From Octopus bimaculoides (Eukaryota), in NCBI RefSeq assembly GCF_001194135.2, contig NC_068981.1, forward strand, positions 167,807,787 to 167,871,786: a stretch of DNA of 64,000 bases, in the 5' to 3' direction. The notes under the pieces were generated by a model. That model saw only the letters and a program-made list of their open reading frames with translations. It was not told the DNA's origin and did not search any database. The position numbers and the translations under genes are program-made. Positions 38,785-52,434 of the stretch are shown here, piece after piece; position 1 is the stretch's first letter, and each line of letters starts with the position of its first letter.

Positions 38785-39419
38785 ATACACATGTCTGCGT
38801 TTAGATATTGATGAAAGAATCTAAATCAACAAGTCTTCGTTGCAAGGTGATGTATTGACGTCTTGTTGGAAGGATCTGTTTGGCTAACGAAAGGGCTTGA
38901 ATACAAGTAAGGAAATACATAGTGTACAGACGACGAAGAACTACACAGTGGCGTCATCACGGTATGAAGGAATGCATTTGAAAGCGGTAACGACCAGTCG
39001 AGTGCATGTGTTTATTACATAAATATATGTATTCTAGAAGAGAAATGGCAGGAAGCTGAGCCATATCAATGCTGAAAAAGTGATGGTTAGAAAGAGATCA
39101 CTTTAGACATGCATTGATGCCTAGACACTTGTCAAGAAACGTCCAGCCGATTCCATTAGTTAGTGATAGAAAAAACACACACAAAGAAATCAGTCTTGTT
39201 TGGTAAATGTTTCTCCAAACAAAGACGGTAAAAGTCTTTTATCAATCTCAAAAGAAACGATTAAGCTGTCGCTGAGGTTCCTAAAGACAGGAAACCTTGC
39301 AATATTTCGACCGACTCTAAAATAAAGCGGTTGTGAACTCCTGGAGCTGGTGTACTCGACAAAATCTTTCCTCTCAAAACTGTTAGTCTCGTGTCTAAAT
39401 AGGAAACATTCTTAGACGA

Positions 39420-39590
39420 CCAGCTGGCAAAATCGTTAGCACAGCGGGAAAAATACTTAGCGGCATTTCGTCCAACTTTACGTTCTGAGTTCAAATTTCG
39501 TCGAGGGTTGACTTTACCTTTCATTTTTTTCCGGAGTCGACGGAATAAGCACTAGTTGAGCGCTGGAAGGAGGGGGCGATCAACGTAATA
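39420..39590 (+). mobile_element. tRNA-headed SINE family A
   Basis: CAGCTGGCAAAATCGTTAGCAC...GTTCTGAGTTCAAATTTCGTCGAGGGTTGACTTTACCTTTC. Confidence 0.85.
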
Positions 39591-40258
39591 GATTTTTCCG
39601 TTCCCCCAAAATGCCAGGCCTATAGCTGAATGAACTTATTATTAACAAAAGGTGGACGTTCATGGCGGCGGCGGTGGCTATGAAGACGATGCTGCTGCTG
39701 ATGATGATAATGATGATTTAACCGATGACTGTTGTGTTGCCTCGATACGATTTCCAAATATTATTCCATTTTTGCTTTATTATATTTGTTTTGTGGCGTG
39801 TTTCGTGTTTATGCTTTTCGTTGTGTTATCTTATTTTCTTTTCATTTCTGTTGCATTTTGTGTGAGATTTATTCTGCGTGCAGCATTGTGTATGCATGTG
39901 TGTGTGTATATATGTGTGTGTATGTATGTGTGTATGTGTGTGTGTATATATGTGTGTGTGTGTGTGTGTGTAACAGTGAGTTTGTGTATGAGTGTATGCA
40001 TGTGCTTATCGCATGACCGACATACATAATACATGTGTGCGTGTGTGTATGCATGTGTGTATGTGTGTTTGTCCACGTAAGTCTGTAAGTGCACGTGAAT
40101 GTGTGAACATTTGCGTGCAAGTGTATATGCGTGTGTCTATCTGTGTTTGTGTATGAATATTACGTGCACAAGTGTCTGTAGCGATGTGTACGTATGTGCG
40201 AGAGAGATAGAGAGAGAATGAGAGAGAGAGAGAGTGTGTGCGCGTGTATGTGTGTGTG

Positions 40259-40300
<42 letters not shown>

Positions 40301-40873
40301 GTTTCTACTTTCCATATTGGTATTATCTGAAATCGATACAAAAATCTTATTACACAAAACCCTCTCTGTACATATTTCTTTCAACATCTCCGGTTCACAC
40401 ATTTATTCATTTATTTATTTATCTATTTATTTTATCTATTTATTTATACAATAACAATAATAATAATTGTGAATTATATCATCATCATCATCATCACCAT
40501 CTTCATTATTATTATTATTATTATTACTATTATTATTATTCAACATCATCTCTGTATTTACGTCGAAGATTGCTTCAATTTGCCGCAGAGGCAACATGAA
40601 ACACAAATGGGTATAAAGCCGTTCGATACATTTCTACAAAAATTAGCATTAAAAAAGGTTGGGTAACACACAAACAGTCGGACTGACACACAGACTCATA
40701 GACATGCATATTGGCAGGCAGGTACGTGCGCACGCACATACAAACACACACACACATACACACACACACTCACTCACTCACACACAAATATTTAGATTCA
40801 TTAACTCTTTTACTTGCATTCAGTACTATATTTTCTCGATTGTAAATTTCGAAACGCATATAAAAACAAACAA

Positions 40874-40913
<40 letters not shown>

Positions 40914-41087
40914 TTATATAGATAGATTTAAATATAGATACATACATATATATATTTTTAGATTGATAGATACATAGATATTGGTTTTGTCTTAAGTGTC
41001 ATGCAATAATTTCTAGGCACTTACGTTTCTTTTTTATTTTCAAACCCAAATTCGTGTGTGTGTGTGTGTGTGTACGTCTCTGCGCGC

Positions 41088-41123
<36 letters not shown>

Positions 41124-42439
41124 TTATATATACATACACATACACACACACACACATATANNNNNNNNNNNNNNNNNNNNNNNNNNNNNNNNNNNNNNNN
41201 NNNNNNNNNNNNNNNNNNNNNNNNNNNNNNNNNNNNNNNNNNNNNNNNNNNNNNNNNNNNNNNNNNNNNNNNNNNNNNNNNNNNNNNNNNNNNNNNNNNN
41301 NNNNNNNNNNNNNNNNNNNNNNNNNNNNNNNNNNNNNNNNNNNNNNNNNNNNNNNNNNNNNNNNNNNNNNNNNNNNNNNNNNNNNNNNNNNNNNNNNNNN
41401 NNNNNNNNNNNNNNNNNNNNNNNNNNNNNNNNNNNNNNNNNNNNNNNNNNNNNNNNNNNNNNNNNNNNNNNNNNNNNNNNNNNNNNNNNNNNNNNNNNNN
41501 NNNNNNNNNNNNNNNNNNNNNNNNNNNNNNNNNNNNNNNNNNNNNNNNNNNNNNNNNNNNNNNNNNNNNNNNNNNNNNNNNNNNNNNNNNNNNNNNNNNN
41601 NNNNNNNNNNNNNNNNNNNNNNNNNNNNNNNNNNNNNNNNNNNNNNNNNNNNNNNNNNNNNNNNNNNNNNNNNNNNNNNNNNNNNNNNNNNNNNNNNNNN
41701 NNNNNNNNNNNNNNNNNNNNNNNNNNNNNNNNNNNNNNNNNNNNNNNNNNNNNNNNNNNNNNNNNNNNNNNNNNNNNNNNNNNNNNNNNNNNNNNNNNNN
41801 NNNNNNNNNNNNNNNNNNNNNNNNNNNNNNNNNNNNNNNNNNNNNNNNNNNNNNNNNNNNNNNNNNNNNNNNNNNNNNNNNNNNNNNNNNNNNNNNNNNN
41901 NNNNNNNNNNNNNNNNNNNNNNNNNNNNNNNNNNNNNNNNNNNNNNNNNNNNNNNNNNNNNNNNNNNNNNNNNNNNNNNNNNNNNNNNNNNNNNNNNNNN
42001 NNNNNNNNNNNNNNNNNNNNNNNNNNNNNNNNNNNNNNNNNNNNNNNNNNNNNNNNNNNNNNNNNNNNNNNNNNNNNNNNNNNNNNNNNNNNNNNNNNNN
42101 NNNNNNNNNNNNNNNNNNNNNNNNNNNNNNNNNNNNNNNNNNNNNNNNNNNNNTATATATATACATATATATATATATGTATGCATGTATGTATGTGTGT
42201 ATATGTAAATGCATGTGTGTATCCATATATGCATATATGTAAAAGATGAAAGGGAATGTGAACCACGGTGCTATTTAAACATCCATGCAAGATTCACTTT
42301 GTACTTCAGCCACCCACGGTGAAAGAAATATATATATAACGGTTTCCATTTAATTTTCTATGATCTAAAAGGTTGCTCCAGCATGGCTACAACGCCATGT
42401 CTAAGACCATTAAAATAATTGTTTTTAACAGAAGTACAA

Positions 42440-42640
42440 GGACATAAATTCTAACAGGGTGGGTGTGTTTGGCGATTAAATCGGCCTGAGTTCTTGACTG
42501 CTAAATTCAATGTATTGACTCTGAAAAGATGAAAGGCAAAGCTGATCTCAGTGGATTTTGAACGCAGAACGTGAGAGCCAGGACAAATGTGGTGAAGCAT
42601 TTTATGCAACACTCCACAAGATTTGTGACGTGGCTGCCTG
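42440..42640 (-). mobile_element. SINE family A (diverged)
   Basis: GACTCTGAAAAGATGAAAGGCAAAGCTGATCTCAGTGGATTTTGAACGCAGAACGTG. Confidence 0.7.
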
Positions 42641-42679
42641 ACACCAGTAAAATAATAAAAATATTTATGTATGTATGCA

Positions 42680-43160
42680 AGATTTCATGTCAATAGAAAA
42701 GAGCCAGTTTCTAACCTAGATGCAAGGCCCCTCCATTAGAGCTTCAACATCAACAGGGTATTTTTGTATATATGGAGGTATGCATATGTGCAGATTTTAA
42801 TGTTTCGTTTTATGTATGTATTCTCATACATATAGTTGCACATCTAGACATGCTCATATATACTTAAATGATAAACTTCTAGAGAGTTTTAAATTTTTAC
42901 AGTTCCAGTGATTGATTGGCTCTGTAGTCTTGGAATCAGCTTTCTCCTTTCTCGTCTTGAGAAGTCTAATTTCTCAAGATTGGTATTTAGGTAGTGTGTT
43001 ACATATACCAGCACCCCAATAATCACAGGTGTAAACCTGAATTTGTAATATGGATAGAGTAACTGCAAATTTCTCAATAGTTCAGCGTAGGTATTTTCTT
43101 TTTCGCTGATCTTTAGTCTTATGTTAACATCTGCTGGGTAGCTGATTTTCACAACGATGC
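42680..43160 (-). mobile_element. RLE non-LTR retrotransposon 3' remnant (R4-like C-terminus), copy 1
   Basis: ISYPADVNIRLKISEKENTYAELLRNLQLLYPYYKFRFTPVIIG...NLEKLDFS...LQSQSITGTVKI follows the RLE C-terminal pattern IxxPxDxNxxxKxxEKxxxYxxL...PVIIG...GT. Confidence 0.75.
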
Positions 43161-43217
43161 ACAGTTTCCGTTCTCTATCTCAAATTATGTATGTATGTAT
43201 GTATGTATGTATGTATG

Positions 43218-43510
43218 TCTCTTCAGTATTTAATCATGTAAATTCTTCCTCTGAAGAAGCTGGTTTCTAACCAAGATACAAAGCTCCATTTTTGGAATGT
43301 AAATAACAAAAACAATGTCACATTTTAATCCTGAAAAATGTCTTGCATACTTTTACTGTTCCGCTTACAGATTGTATTTGTAATGTGCGAATCGGTTAAT
43401 TTATTTTTCTGAAAATCCAAGCTTATCTAATTTGATAGTTAGGCATTTCCTTACAAAACCAACTCCTCCTATGATTACTGGTATAAATGCAAATTTGTAA
43501 CCCGTAAATA
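43218..43510 (-). mobile_element. Same RLE family 3' remnant, copy 2
   Basis: GYKFAFIPVIIGGVGFVRKCLTIKLDKLGFSEK...QIQSVSGTVK; 3' end runs into (TACA)n at 43187-43218. Confidence 0.75.
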
Positions 43511-43554
43511 GAATCTGGAGGTTTCGATGCAGTTGAAATGGAAAACGTTGTTAC

Positions 43555-43700
43555 ACTTAAACCTAAGAAAAGACTTGTATAGTTTTACGGCTCCACTTAA
43601 AGATTGTATTTGCAATGTGCGAATCAGTTGGTTGATTTCTTTTTCTGAAAATTCAAGCTCATCCAGACTGGCAGTTAGATATTTACTTACAAAACCAAAT
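43555..43700 (-). mobile_element. Same RLE family 3' remnant, copy 3
   Basis: GFVSKYLTASLDELEFSEKEINQLIRTLQIQSLSGAVKLYKSFLRF. Confidence 0.75.
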
Positions 43701-45262
43701 ATCTGTCTGTCTGTCTGTAGGTAGGTAGGTAGTTATACATGTATGTATGTGTATCTCTGAAGATTATTTAAGTTCTTCGCAGAGTTCGAGCTGGTCACTA
43801 ATAATAGTGTATATAGGCGCGTAACCTAGTAGTTGGGGTGGTGAACCCGCGATCGTAAGGTCGTTGTTTCGATTTCCAGGCCAAGCGGTGTGTTTGTGTT
43901 TACCTCCCGTGGTTACACTTCACTCGGCTGAAAATGAATACCAGTAACAAACGGTGGAGGGATGGTTTAACCGTGCGACAGATTGGAGCAGAATTGTATT
44001 CTCGATCGCTTATACAGCACAGAAACCACAATAAATTCCGGCGCAATGAACTTGAAGCTTCGAAACAGACCTAAGTCTAAAACCTAGATAGTTCGAGGGT
44101 TTTGTGTATATGTGAGTTAGCGTGCACACGCGTGTGTATGTGTATGTGTTTATGGATATGTATGTAAGTGTATTTGAAGATATACTTGTATTCATATATA
44201 ATGGATGTACATACATACTTTTAGTATGCTTGAGTGATTACTTTAATGTATACAATGTGAAAATAAGGCAGCGTGCACATATTTATTCTGGGAAATTCAA
44301 ATGAACAATCTTTGAAATGTTTTACAAATTATCTTAATGATACTAATTTATATGTATATATGTTTGTATATATACAAAAACCCATGAGCATTTACATACA
44401 TACACACATACATATANNNNNNNNNNNNNNNNNNNNNNNNNNNNNNNNNNNNNNNNNNNNNNNNNNNNNNNNNNNNNNNNNNNNNNNNNNNNNNNNNNNN
44501 NNNNNNNNNNNNNNNNNNNNNNNNNNNNNNNNNNNNNNNNNNNNNNNNNNNNNNNNNNNNNNNNNNNNNNNNNNNNNNNNNNNNNNNNNNNNNNNNNNNN
44601 NNNNNNNNNNNNNNNNNNNNNNNNNNNNNNNNNNNNNNNNNNNNNNNNNNNNNNNNNNNNNNNNNNNNNNNNNNNNNNNNNNNNNNNNNNNNNNNNNNNN
44701 NNNNNNNNNNNNNNNNNNNNNNNNNNNNNNNTGTGTATACTTACATACATACATATATCTTTATGTATGTATGTATGTATGTATGTATGTATGTATGTAT
44801 GTATGTATGTATATAAGTGGCAACAGCTTGTATTAGTTAGATCTATATCTTTTAGTAGACTTATGTCTTAATATTCATTTGCTTAACGTCGTAGTATCGT
44901 TTCTAAGAACAAAATTTCGCCAATCTCACCCAACGCCAACACCACCAATACGATTATACCAACTTTATCATCACCGTTTTCATTATTATCGTCGTTATCG
45001 TCATCATCGCCGTGGCCATCATCATCATCATTAATCCGCTTTGATATCAATACTAAAACTACCACCTTACACCCACTGTCACCACTACAACTACTATCAT
45101 TACAATAAATATTACCTCTAACATTACCAACAACAACCGTACCACTTCCATTCAAGCAACAAGTAGCATTTAGTGTAAATACTATTTTCTCTCGTTGATC
45201 TGTCGCTGATTGCTTTACGACACAAGTTTGGGCCATTCTGAAGTATACGACAGAGCACTTAC

Positions 45263-45365
45263 GGTCAGACTGCACAACAGAGTATCCAGCTAGGGGAGAT
45301 TTGACCTTATTTAGAATTGTAAATTCTACCTTGCCGCCCGGTAGACAGATCAACGTAATATAGGT
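45263..45365 (-). CDS. Candidate exon: TYITLICLPGGKVEFTILNKVKSPLAGYSVVQSD (donor GTAAGT), or shorter 45330-45365 LYYVDLSTGRQ (donor GTAGAA)
   Basis: Acceptor GAATATAG|; two alternative frames and donors; no homology recognised. Confidence 0.3.
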
Positions 45366-46574
45366 CTATATTCCATCATGGTTGACTTTGGGTAATACAA
45401 CAATAACAACAACAACAACAAGAATCTCTATAAATGAATGTCTCAGCCAATAACTGTCTTTCTCATTGTCATGTGTTCATTATCTACTTTCCTTTACACT
45501 TGCAGTGTGATTTCCAGCTCCGATTGTACTCTATTATATAGAAATTGGTCTCTCCCTCATCATAGCTAAGTCTTTCTTGTCTATCCTTCAATGTCAATTA
45601 GATAAGAAAAAGTCGTTATTGTTGTTGTTTAGTTCTATCATGGTCATAGATCTGCTCTGATCGAGCAGATCTATGACCATGACGTCTTTATAATCCAACG
45701 TGTTCTTCCTTTCTTAAGACGGTAGGCGTGATTTGAGAGAGGATTGGTTGTTGTTTCTAACAAGTTGAGCAAACAAGTAAAGGCTATCTTAGAAGTAACT
45801 ATACACTAACGTTTATATGATCGACAATACACATCCTTTCCAAAAATGGACCTTTTCTGGCTCAAAGAAATTTTCTTAATTAGCTCAACCGTTTCCCATT
45901 TCTTTTTCTTGTACACCACTACAGTAAAGAGTTTATATTCTCTCTCTCTGCCAGAACAAATTGTTTTTCTAAGTCACATATTTAAATGAAACAGACACTA
46001 ATTTCCGTTATTAGACTAATTCTTCTAGAAATACACATAATAAAAATAAATACATAAATATTTGCGTGAAACATCACACTGTAAGTGAACTAATTACTTC
46101 AGTAAATGAAAATATTTTTAGCTTTCATGTAAAGTGATTTTGTGGTTGTGAACCCAAATTGTGTGCGATGATATGCCAAGAGCGAAACTAACGTTTCAAA
46201 GAATTGGTTCTCACCAGCGTTTGAACAACCAATCGCAACGTGTTTTGCTGAATGCAGTGTAGGATTATTATTACACAAATTATAGATTAACTGTTGAGAA
46301 TAACAGCACCAAAAGATCTGTAAATTTTTAGGGATCAGTCTTTCTGTAGGGTAATTAGTAACTTGGTCAATTTTAAAGATTCACAGGGGATTCGAGTATC
46401 GTCAGCTTCTATAGATTCTGAAAATCTTTTGCTCCTGATTTATTTGAAATAGCCTAAGACACCACATTTCAGGAAAACTTGTGCAGTAAATTGTGCCATA
46501 TGTACAGGTTTTTAAAACATATTAGTCTTTTTCAGTGGTAATTTGGGGAATATAACACTAATTTATCAACTTAC

Positions 46575-46639
46575 TGCATTCTCTCAACCTGACACAGGGC
46601 CTTTGATTCTCGCCAAAACAAGAAGAATATATACTTCCA
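46575..46639 (-). CDS. Candidate exon GSIYSSCFGENQRPCVRLREC (alternative frame WKYIFFLFWRESKALCQVERM)
   Basis: TTATTATAG| acceptor, GCA|GTAAGT donor, 65 nt. Confidence 0.3.
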
Positions 46640-47277
46640 CTATAATAACTAGTATTTATATCAACTAATGAACCACTCATTTGTTTTTAATCTCCTTTAC
46701 TTTAATTTCTTATCCGCTTTATTTGCAAAAGGCTTACATTTGCCCTCTTTCTTTCAGTAACTAAACTACATCATCATTTTTTTTTTTTTTTTTTTGTGGA
46801 AAAAGACTATGTATTTATTGATATGGGAGTCTGTGTGTTTCGAAACCCATTGGAGGTGTAAATGTATCTTCATTTAGAATCACTTTATTTTAAGAAATTA
46901 ATATCTAAGGTGATGCCGAAGAAATTGTGATTAATGATTCTTAGTGTTCTCTCTCCGATTTTATGAGTACAGAAAAAACAACTATACCCTAATGGTAACA
47001 TGATGAGACACTTTCCGAATAGCTGCCAGAGTTTTCCAAAGGAAGGTACAATAGTCACACATAAGTAACTAAATAAATGAAAAAAAGATTCAACATCCAT
47101 CTCTATATTTAAAGAAACAAAAAGACAAAAAAACATTCAGTAGGTTTCAGTTTTGTTTGTTTAATTTCTTACGTATATGTCAAAACTTATAAAAATCTTC
47201 ACTAAACACTGCAAAGAGATTACGTCATATGTAAACAAACATAAGTTTGTTTTTGAAGCGTTGAAATGTATTGTAGC

Positions 47278-47390
47278 ACAAGTAGAAAGATATATACACG
47301 TAAATACTGAACAGTATATATAAAGGATAAAATCCTTTATATATACTGTTCAGTATTTACTTGTTGAAAAAATATATCCTTCTACTTGTT
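47278..47390. repeat. Palindrome with perfect 29-bp core stem (47300-47360) and an outer imperfect stem
   Basis: GTAAATACTGAACAGTATATATAAAGGAT-AAA-ATCCTTTATATATACTGTTCAGTATTTAC; outer CAAGTAGAAAGATATAT / ATATATCCTTCTACTTG. Confidence 0.95.
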
Positions 47391-48283
47391 CTTCTGTAAA
47401 GAGAATTTTCAGAAAAGTATTTATTCGTCTTAAGTTTTTCTTTTACTTGGTCTTTGCAACAACGTCTTTCATTTAAATTTTCTTTTATGCACTTTGTTGA
47501 CTACTAATTTTTATTGATTGTCGACGTCATTTTACATTTAATGTGTACAGATTTTAAAGTCTCTGAACTAATATGATTCCCAAGCATTCTTAATACAATT
47601 CTCATGTATGCCAATAATTCAAATTTAATTTGACGTTCAGAAAACTCCAAAGTTTTCCCCTCAGAGTTGTTGGCAAAATTTTATTTAGCGATTTCATCGT
47701 ATTTCATTTTTAATTACTTTATCCGTGTTTATAAGCATCATAGGATTCTAATCCAAGAATTCATATTATTAAATGTTAAAGACGCTTCTATCGTTTAGCT
47801 TCAAGAAATATTGTATTAAAATGTAAAAGATGCTCCTATCTTTCGGATTAAATGAAACTTTTCAAAAAGATAATTCAAGTTAAAATATAATCATGGTTAT
47901 AATTTCCGTGGCATTTAATTTCGTTCATTCATGTCATGATTTCTTTTTATTGTTGTTAAGCCTCTTTCGCTCCTGGCAAATTATTATTCAATCGTTACCC
48001 AATGGAACTAAGTAGTTTAATAAAATCATTCTTTCCTGCTTAGATTATCACATTAAAGAGATCATCCAAGCACTTGCTACCTTTGATCCTCACTGAATAA
48101 CTTATTCAAACAGACATGAAATACAGTTTAAACACGTTCCAGTGTTGTTTGCATAGTTAGAATTGCCAAGTTGTATAGTCTTAAAAGCGAGAGCCTGGTC
48201 GCTAAATATATCTGGCAGCATAGGTTTTTGAAAGGAAATTTCACGATGATAGAAAACTAACTACACAGAATGCGGAATATATC

Positions 48284-48651
48284 ATGGCACTCCGTCGGTT
48301 ACGACGACGAGGGTTCCAGTTGATCCGATCAACGGAACAGCCTGCTCGTGAAATTAACGTGCAAGTGGCTGAGCACTCCACAGACACGTGTACTCATAAC
48401 GTAGTTCACGGGGAGATTCAGCGTGACACAGAGTGTGACAAGGCTGGCCTTTTGAAATACAGGTACAACAGAAATAGGAAGAAAGAATGAGAGAAAGAGT
48501 ACAGAAGGGTTCGCCACCACCCTCTACCGGATCCTCGTGGAACTTTAGGTGTTTTCGCTCAACAAACACTCACAACGCCCGGTCTGGGAATCGAAACCGC
48601 GATCTCACAACCGCAAGTCCGCTGCCTTAACTGCTGGGCTATTGCGCCTCC
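48284..48651 (-). mobile_element. Full-length tRNA(Arg-like)-headed SINE family B
   Basis: Minus 5' end GGAGGCGCAATAGCCCAGCAGTTAAGGCAGCGGACTTGCGG...GCGGTTTCGATTCCCAGACCGGGCG; body shared with 62061-62440. Confidence 0.92.
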
Positions 48652-49568
48652 GCACAAAATATATATACATTATTTGAGTATTACTTCTTTCGAAGCAATC
48701 GGAAATGGTTAGGCCAGCTGTGCATGTTGACTGCGTCTAGTTAATCTTCTCCCTAAGTTGTAGTTTATTCAAATACAGTCTGATGCATATGTAGTTTATG
48801 AGATTCTACAACTGTAATAGTTGGTGTATCTGAAATAACGAATGAGCGTGACGTTGCATTCAGGCAAACTCATATATCTTTATGGAAAAGCAATAGATAA
48901 CAAAACTACACTCGGATCAAACTCCCGTAATACCAATGAGATTTTGGTGCTTTTGTTATACAAATATTATTTATATTAAGAAATAACGTGGTTTGATCAC
49001 TTATGCAATATGCATGACAAAACGCGTGATGAAATTGGTTCACTTCACTTTCTGATTTAAGGCACTTCACTTTAACTGTGTTGTAAATGGAATTTAGAAA
49101 GATATAAATGATATGAAAGCACATTCTCTCTCTCCCCTACAAATTGTTAACATTGTGCCTTGATAAGAAAAAAATCAATAGCCAAATGTGGTTGGGAGTA
49201 GAGCAGCACTAGAAATGGGATAGCATTTATTTTCCAGCCTCTACATACCGTGTTCATATATTGCTCTTGTCGACTTCCCTATTTATTGTTCTGTACTCGA
49301 TAAAACAGAGTCACACATGTACTAGAGACGATATAATAGACTATACACTTTCGTGAAATGTGTGACCTTGCATCTATTTTGGAATTTTTTGTCATTTTCA
49401 TCGTCATATGCTTTGATTATACCAACATTCTTCGCAATGTCTTTTAATTTCTCTCGACACCTTTCCATTACAAAACTTAGGTCTCAAGAAATTATTTTAT
49501 TTTACATCATTATATGAAAACTACGAGTAAATATATATGCATTAATAGTTACACATGTTCACATTCAC

Positions 49569-49661
49569 CAAATGCACAGACACAGGGTCTCGCAAATACA
49601 ACAACCATGCCGCACAATTCACTAGGTTTTTGCATGTATATGCACACAGAATCCCGAAATG
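49569..49661 (-). CDS. Candidate 93-nt exon (FRDSVCIYMQKPSELCGMVVVFARPCVCAF or HFGILCAYTCKNLVNCAAWLLYLRDPVSVHL)
   Basis: GGTTTTTCTTTCAG| acceptor and TTG|GTGAAT donor; frame ambiguous. Confidence 0.25.
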
Positions 49662-50366
49662 CTGAAAGAAAAACCTTCTGTCATGATTTTCTCTTATAAT
49701 TCTCCATCAAACATTGGTCTATTTTGCAATATCCAAGTCGAGTGAGCGATACACACCTGAAAATTGGAGGCAAACATTCCTCAGATTACACTCTACAGCC
49801 TTAAAAAATGGAAGGAAACATTGGGTAATAAAGTCATATATACCTGTAATAAGACTTAATAATCTCGGCTGGAATGGCTTTTATCATAAGTTACTCAGTC
49901 AAAAACAACCTGGAGTAAACAGCTACAACAGCCATATCTGAGAAAAGTGACTAAGAGTTCATCCGCCTTATAATTCACCTTCTGTATCAAATCCATGATC
50001 TCAGTTCAACCTCCATTTACTTGTGCAAAATCCATATCCTTTATTCTTTTCTAACACAAATTTCTCATCCTCTGTCTCTGATCTGTATCTCTTGTCCCGG
50101 TTTACACTTTATTTCTAGTATCCAGTATTCATAAAGATTGTGTCTGCGCATGCGAGGAATACATCCTCTCCTCTACTTTCTCTAAACTAGACGTTTACAA
50201 TAATTGCTTTTCGTAGTAATTTCGCATGCAACTCTTTCTCATTTCTTTATGATCATCAGTTCTGTCTATACTGAACTCGAATTCTGACCATCCGTTAACA
50301 GGTAATCGACCGTATTCGTCCTCTATTAAATTAAGAAACACAAAACAAGGAGGAAACTCACCTCAC

Positions 50367-50439
50367 GTTTCGCTGTATGCTTTCTTCACAGTGACTTCAA
50401 TACACACAACTCCTTTAGATTTCCCACGGACACTGATGT
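50367..50439 (-). CDS. Candidate exon ISVRGKSKGVVCIEVTVKKAYSET (unidentified)
   Basis: CCTCACAG| acceptor; tandem donors AAC|GTGAGG and GAG|GTGAGT (the latter would include a TGA stop); only one open frame. Confidence 0.35.
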
Positions 50440-52320
50440 CTGTGAGGCCGAATTATTTATATTTTTCTCTCTGCACCATTTAATCCACTTATATTTTAGA
50501 ATCACTAACAGATTCACCAAACTGTCTTGGTTTTCTTTTTTTTTTTTTCTAAACCGACCTGTTATCACATTCTCTGCCCTCGTACAGTCGTCCAACCATT
50601 GTTTAATCAAGGCGTACTGCAGCAAATATAACCTCCATGCAACATTCTTTGACCACCTTCTCTCTAGTATCTTAAATCAGCTAAGACAAGAAGCCACATC
50701 ACCTCACAGGAAGAAAAAAAATGTCAAAAGTTTCAAAAACTTCTCCGGTCGCATCAGCCCGACGTCGAGAGAGAAAAGTTAAAGTCTTTGGTTCCTGTCC
50801 TCATCAAACACTTCAACCTTTCTCCTCTCGATGGCGATCTACAACATCCTACCGAAATTTCCAAGTGTGTCCCATTTCTAAAGAACGTCATCTTCTTTAG
50901 ATCCTACCCATTATCAAACAAACGTTCTTTAACATCTGAAAAGCTAAAGAAACAGTGATATACTGATATACGATTAATTCTTTATTTCATTCATTCTTTT
51001 TGTCTCCCCAATAATAAAAGTATGGTCTCTTACGTTCATATCTAACATAGGCCTAATTTCATCGCCATCTTTGAGTTGTGTCCCTGCCTTGACAACTTCT
51101 GTTAAAGCGTTGTTAGTTTCTGGTGTCATCAATAAAATTTACGACATTATTTGGATTGAAAATACCAGAGCAAGATTATCCTCCTGCAGTTTCCATTCAG
51201 CTTTGATATGCTGGAACGGAATTTTTCTGTCAGACCACTTCCTCTCCAAAAAGCATTCTATTAACTCTGGAATACTTCGAGGGTCGATTATATCTCCAAA
51301 CCTTTATTTTTTTAGTAACTTGCTTGAAATCGGAAAAACCTAAAATAAATCCCGAATAGACCTACATACAAACAAACAAAACAAACAAACAAACAAACAA
51401 ACAAACAAACAGACATACATACATACATACATACATATATACATACATACATACANNNNNNNNNNCATACATACATACATACATACATACATACACACAT
51501 ACGTACGTACGTACATACATACATACATACATACATACATACATACATACATACATACATACATGCATATACACACATACATACATACATATTCTCTTTT
51601 TCCACAACACTCAATACACGCTAATTGCATAGACGTATGTTTAGCTTATGTCCATTTGGCAATGTGTTAGAAACCCAAAACGAAAAGAAGAAAAAGTGAG
51701 AATTGAATGACAAGGTGGAAAAGCTGGAGTGTGGAGTGGCAGACAGAATCATTTTTCAACAGAGATTTCTGTTAGATGCCAATTATAAGACGTAAGACTA
51801 GTTTACAATGTGTAAGACAGAAAAACAGAAATATCTCTCTCTATATACATAGATCGATAGATAGAATAAAAAGCATCTTTTATCTGAAGCGATGGGAAGC
51901 TTAATTGCCTCACTAACTTTGGCAATCATCCTTTATCTCATATGGAGTGAAGTTAAAAAAAGAAGAAGAAAACTAACTAAACAATAAACAAAAATAAGAA
52001 AAATAAGGGGGCATCAATGTTTAACTTAAGTTGCAAACATCAAACTTCATTCAAGGGAAGTCAATCTTTATCTGTGATAGAAACAGGGAAAAAAGAAAAC
52101 GAGATTTAAATAATAAACAGTAGAAAACTGAATAGGTCAAACGTGTCAAACCAGTATCACGTTTACCCAAACATTGACCTCAGGTTTCGCACTAAAATTT
52201 AAATGGCGATAGCTGATTAAATATATCCCGTATATAGATTGGTTAGCGCTGAGAGTATCACGTTGGAAATTGACCAGAAAGCGCATAGACAGATGCATTC
52301 ACACAAACGCGCATACACGT

Positions 52321-52361
<41 letters not shown>

Positions 52362-52434
52362 TGTATGTATGTGTATATATAAGTGCACATATACATACAT
52401 ACATACATACATACGTACATACATACATACGTTG

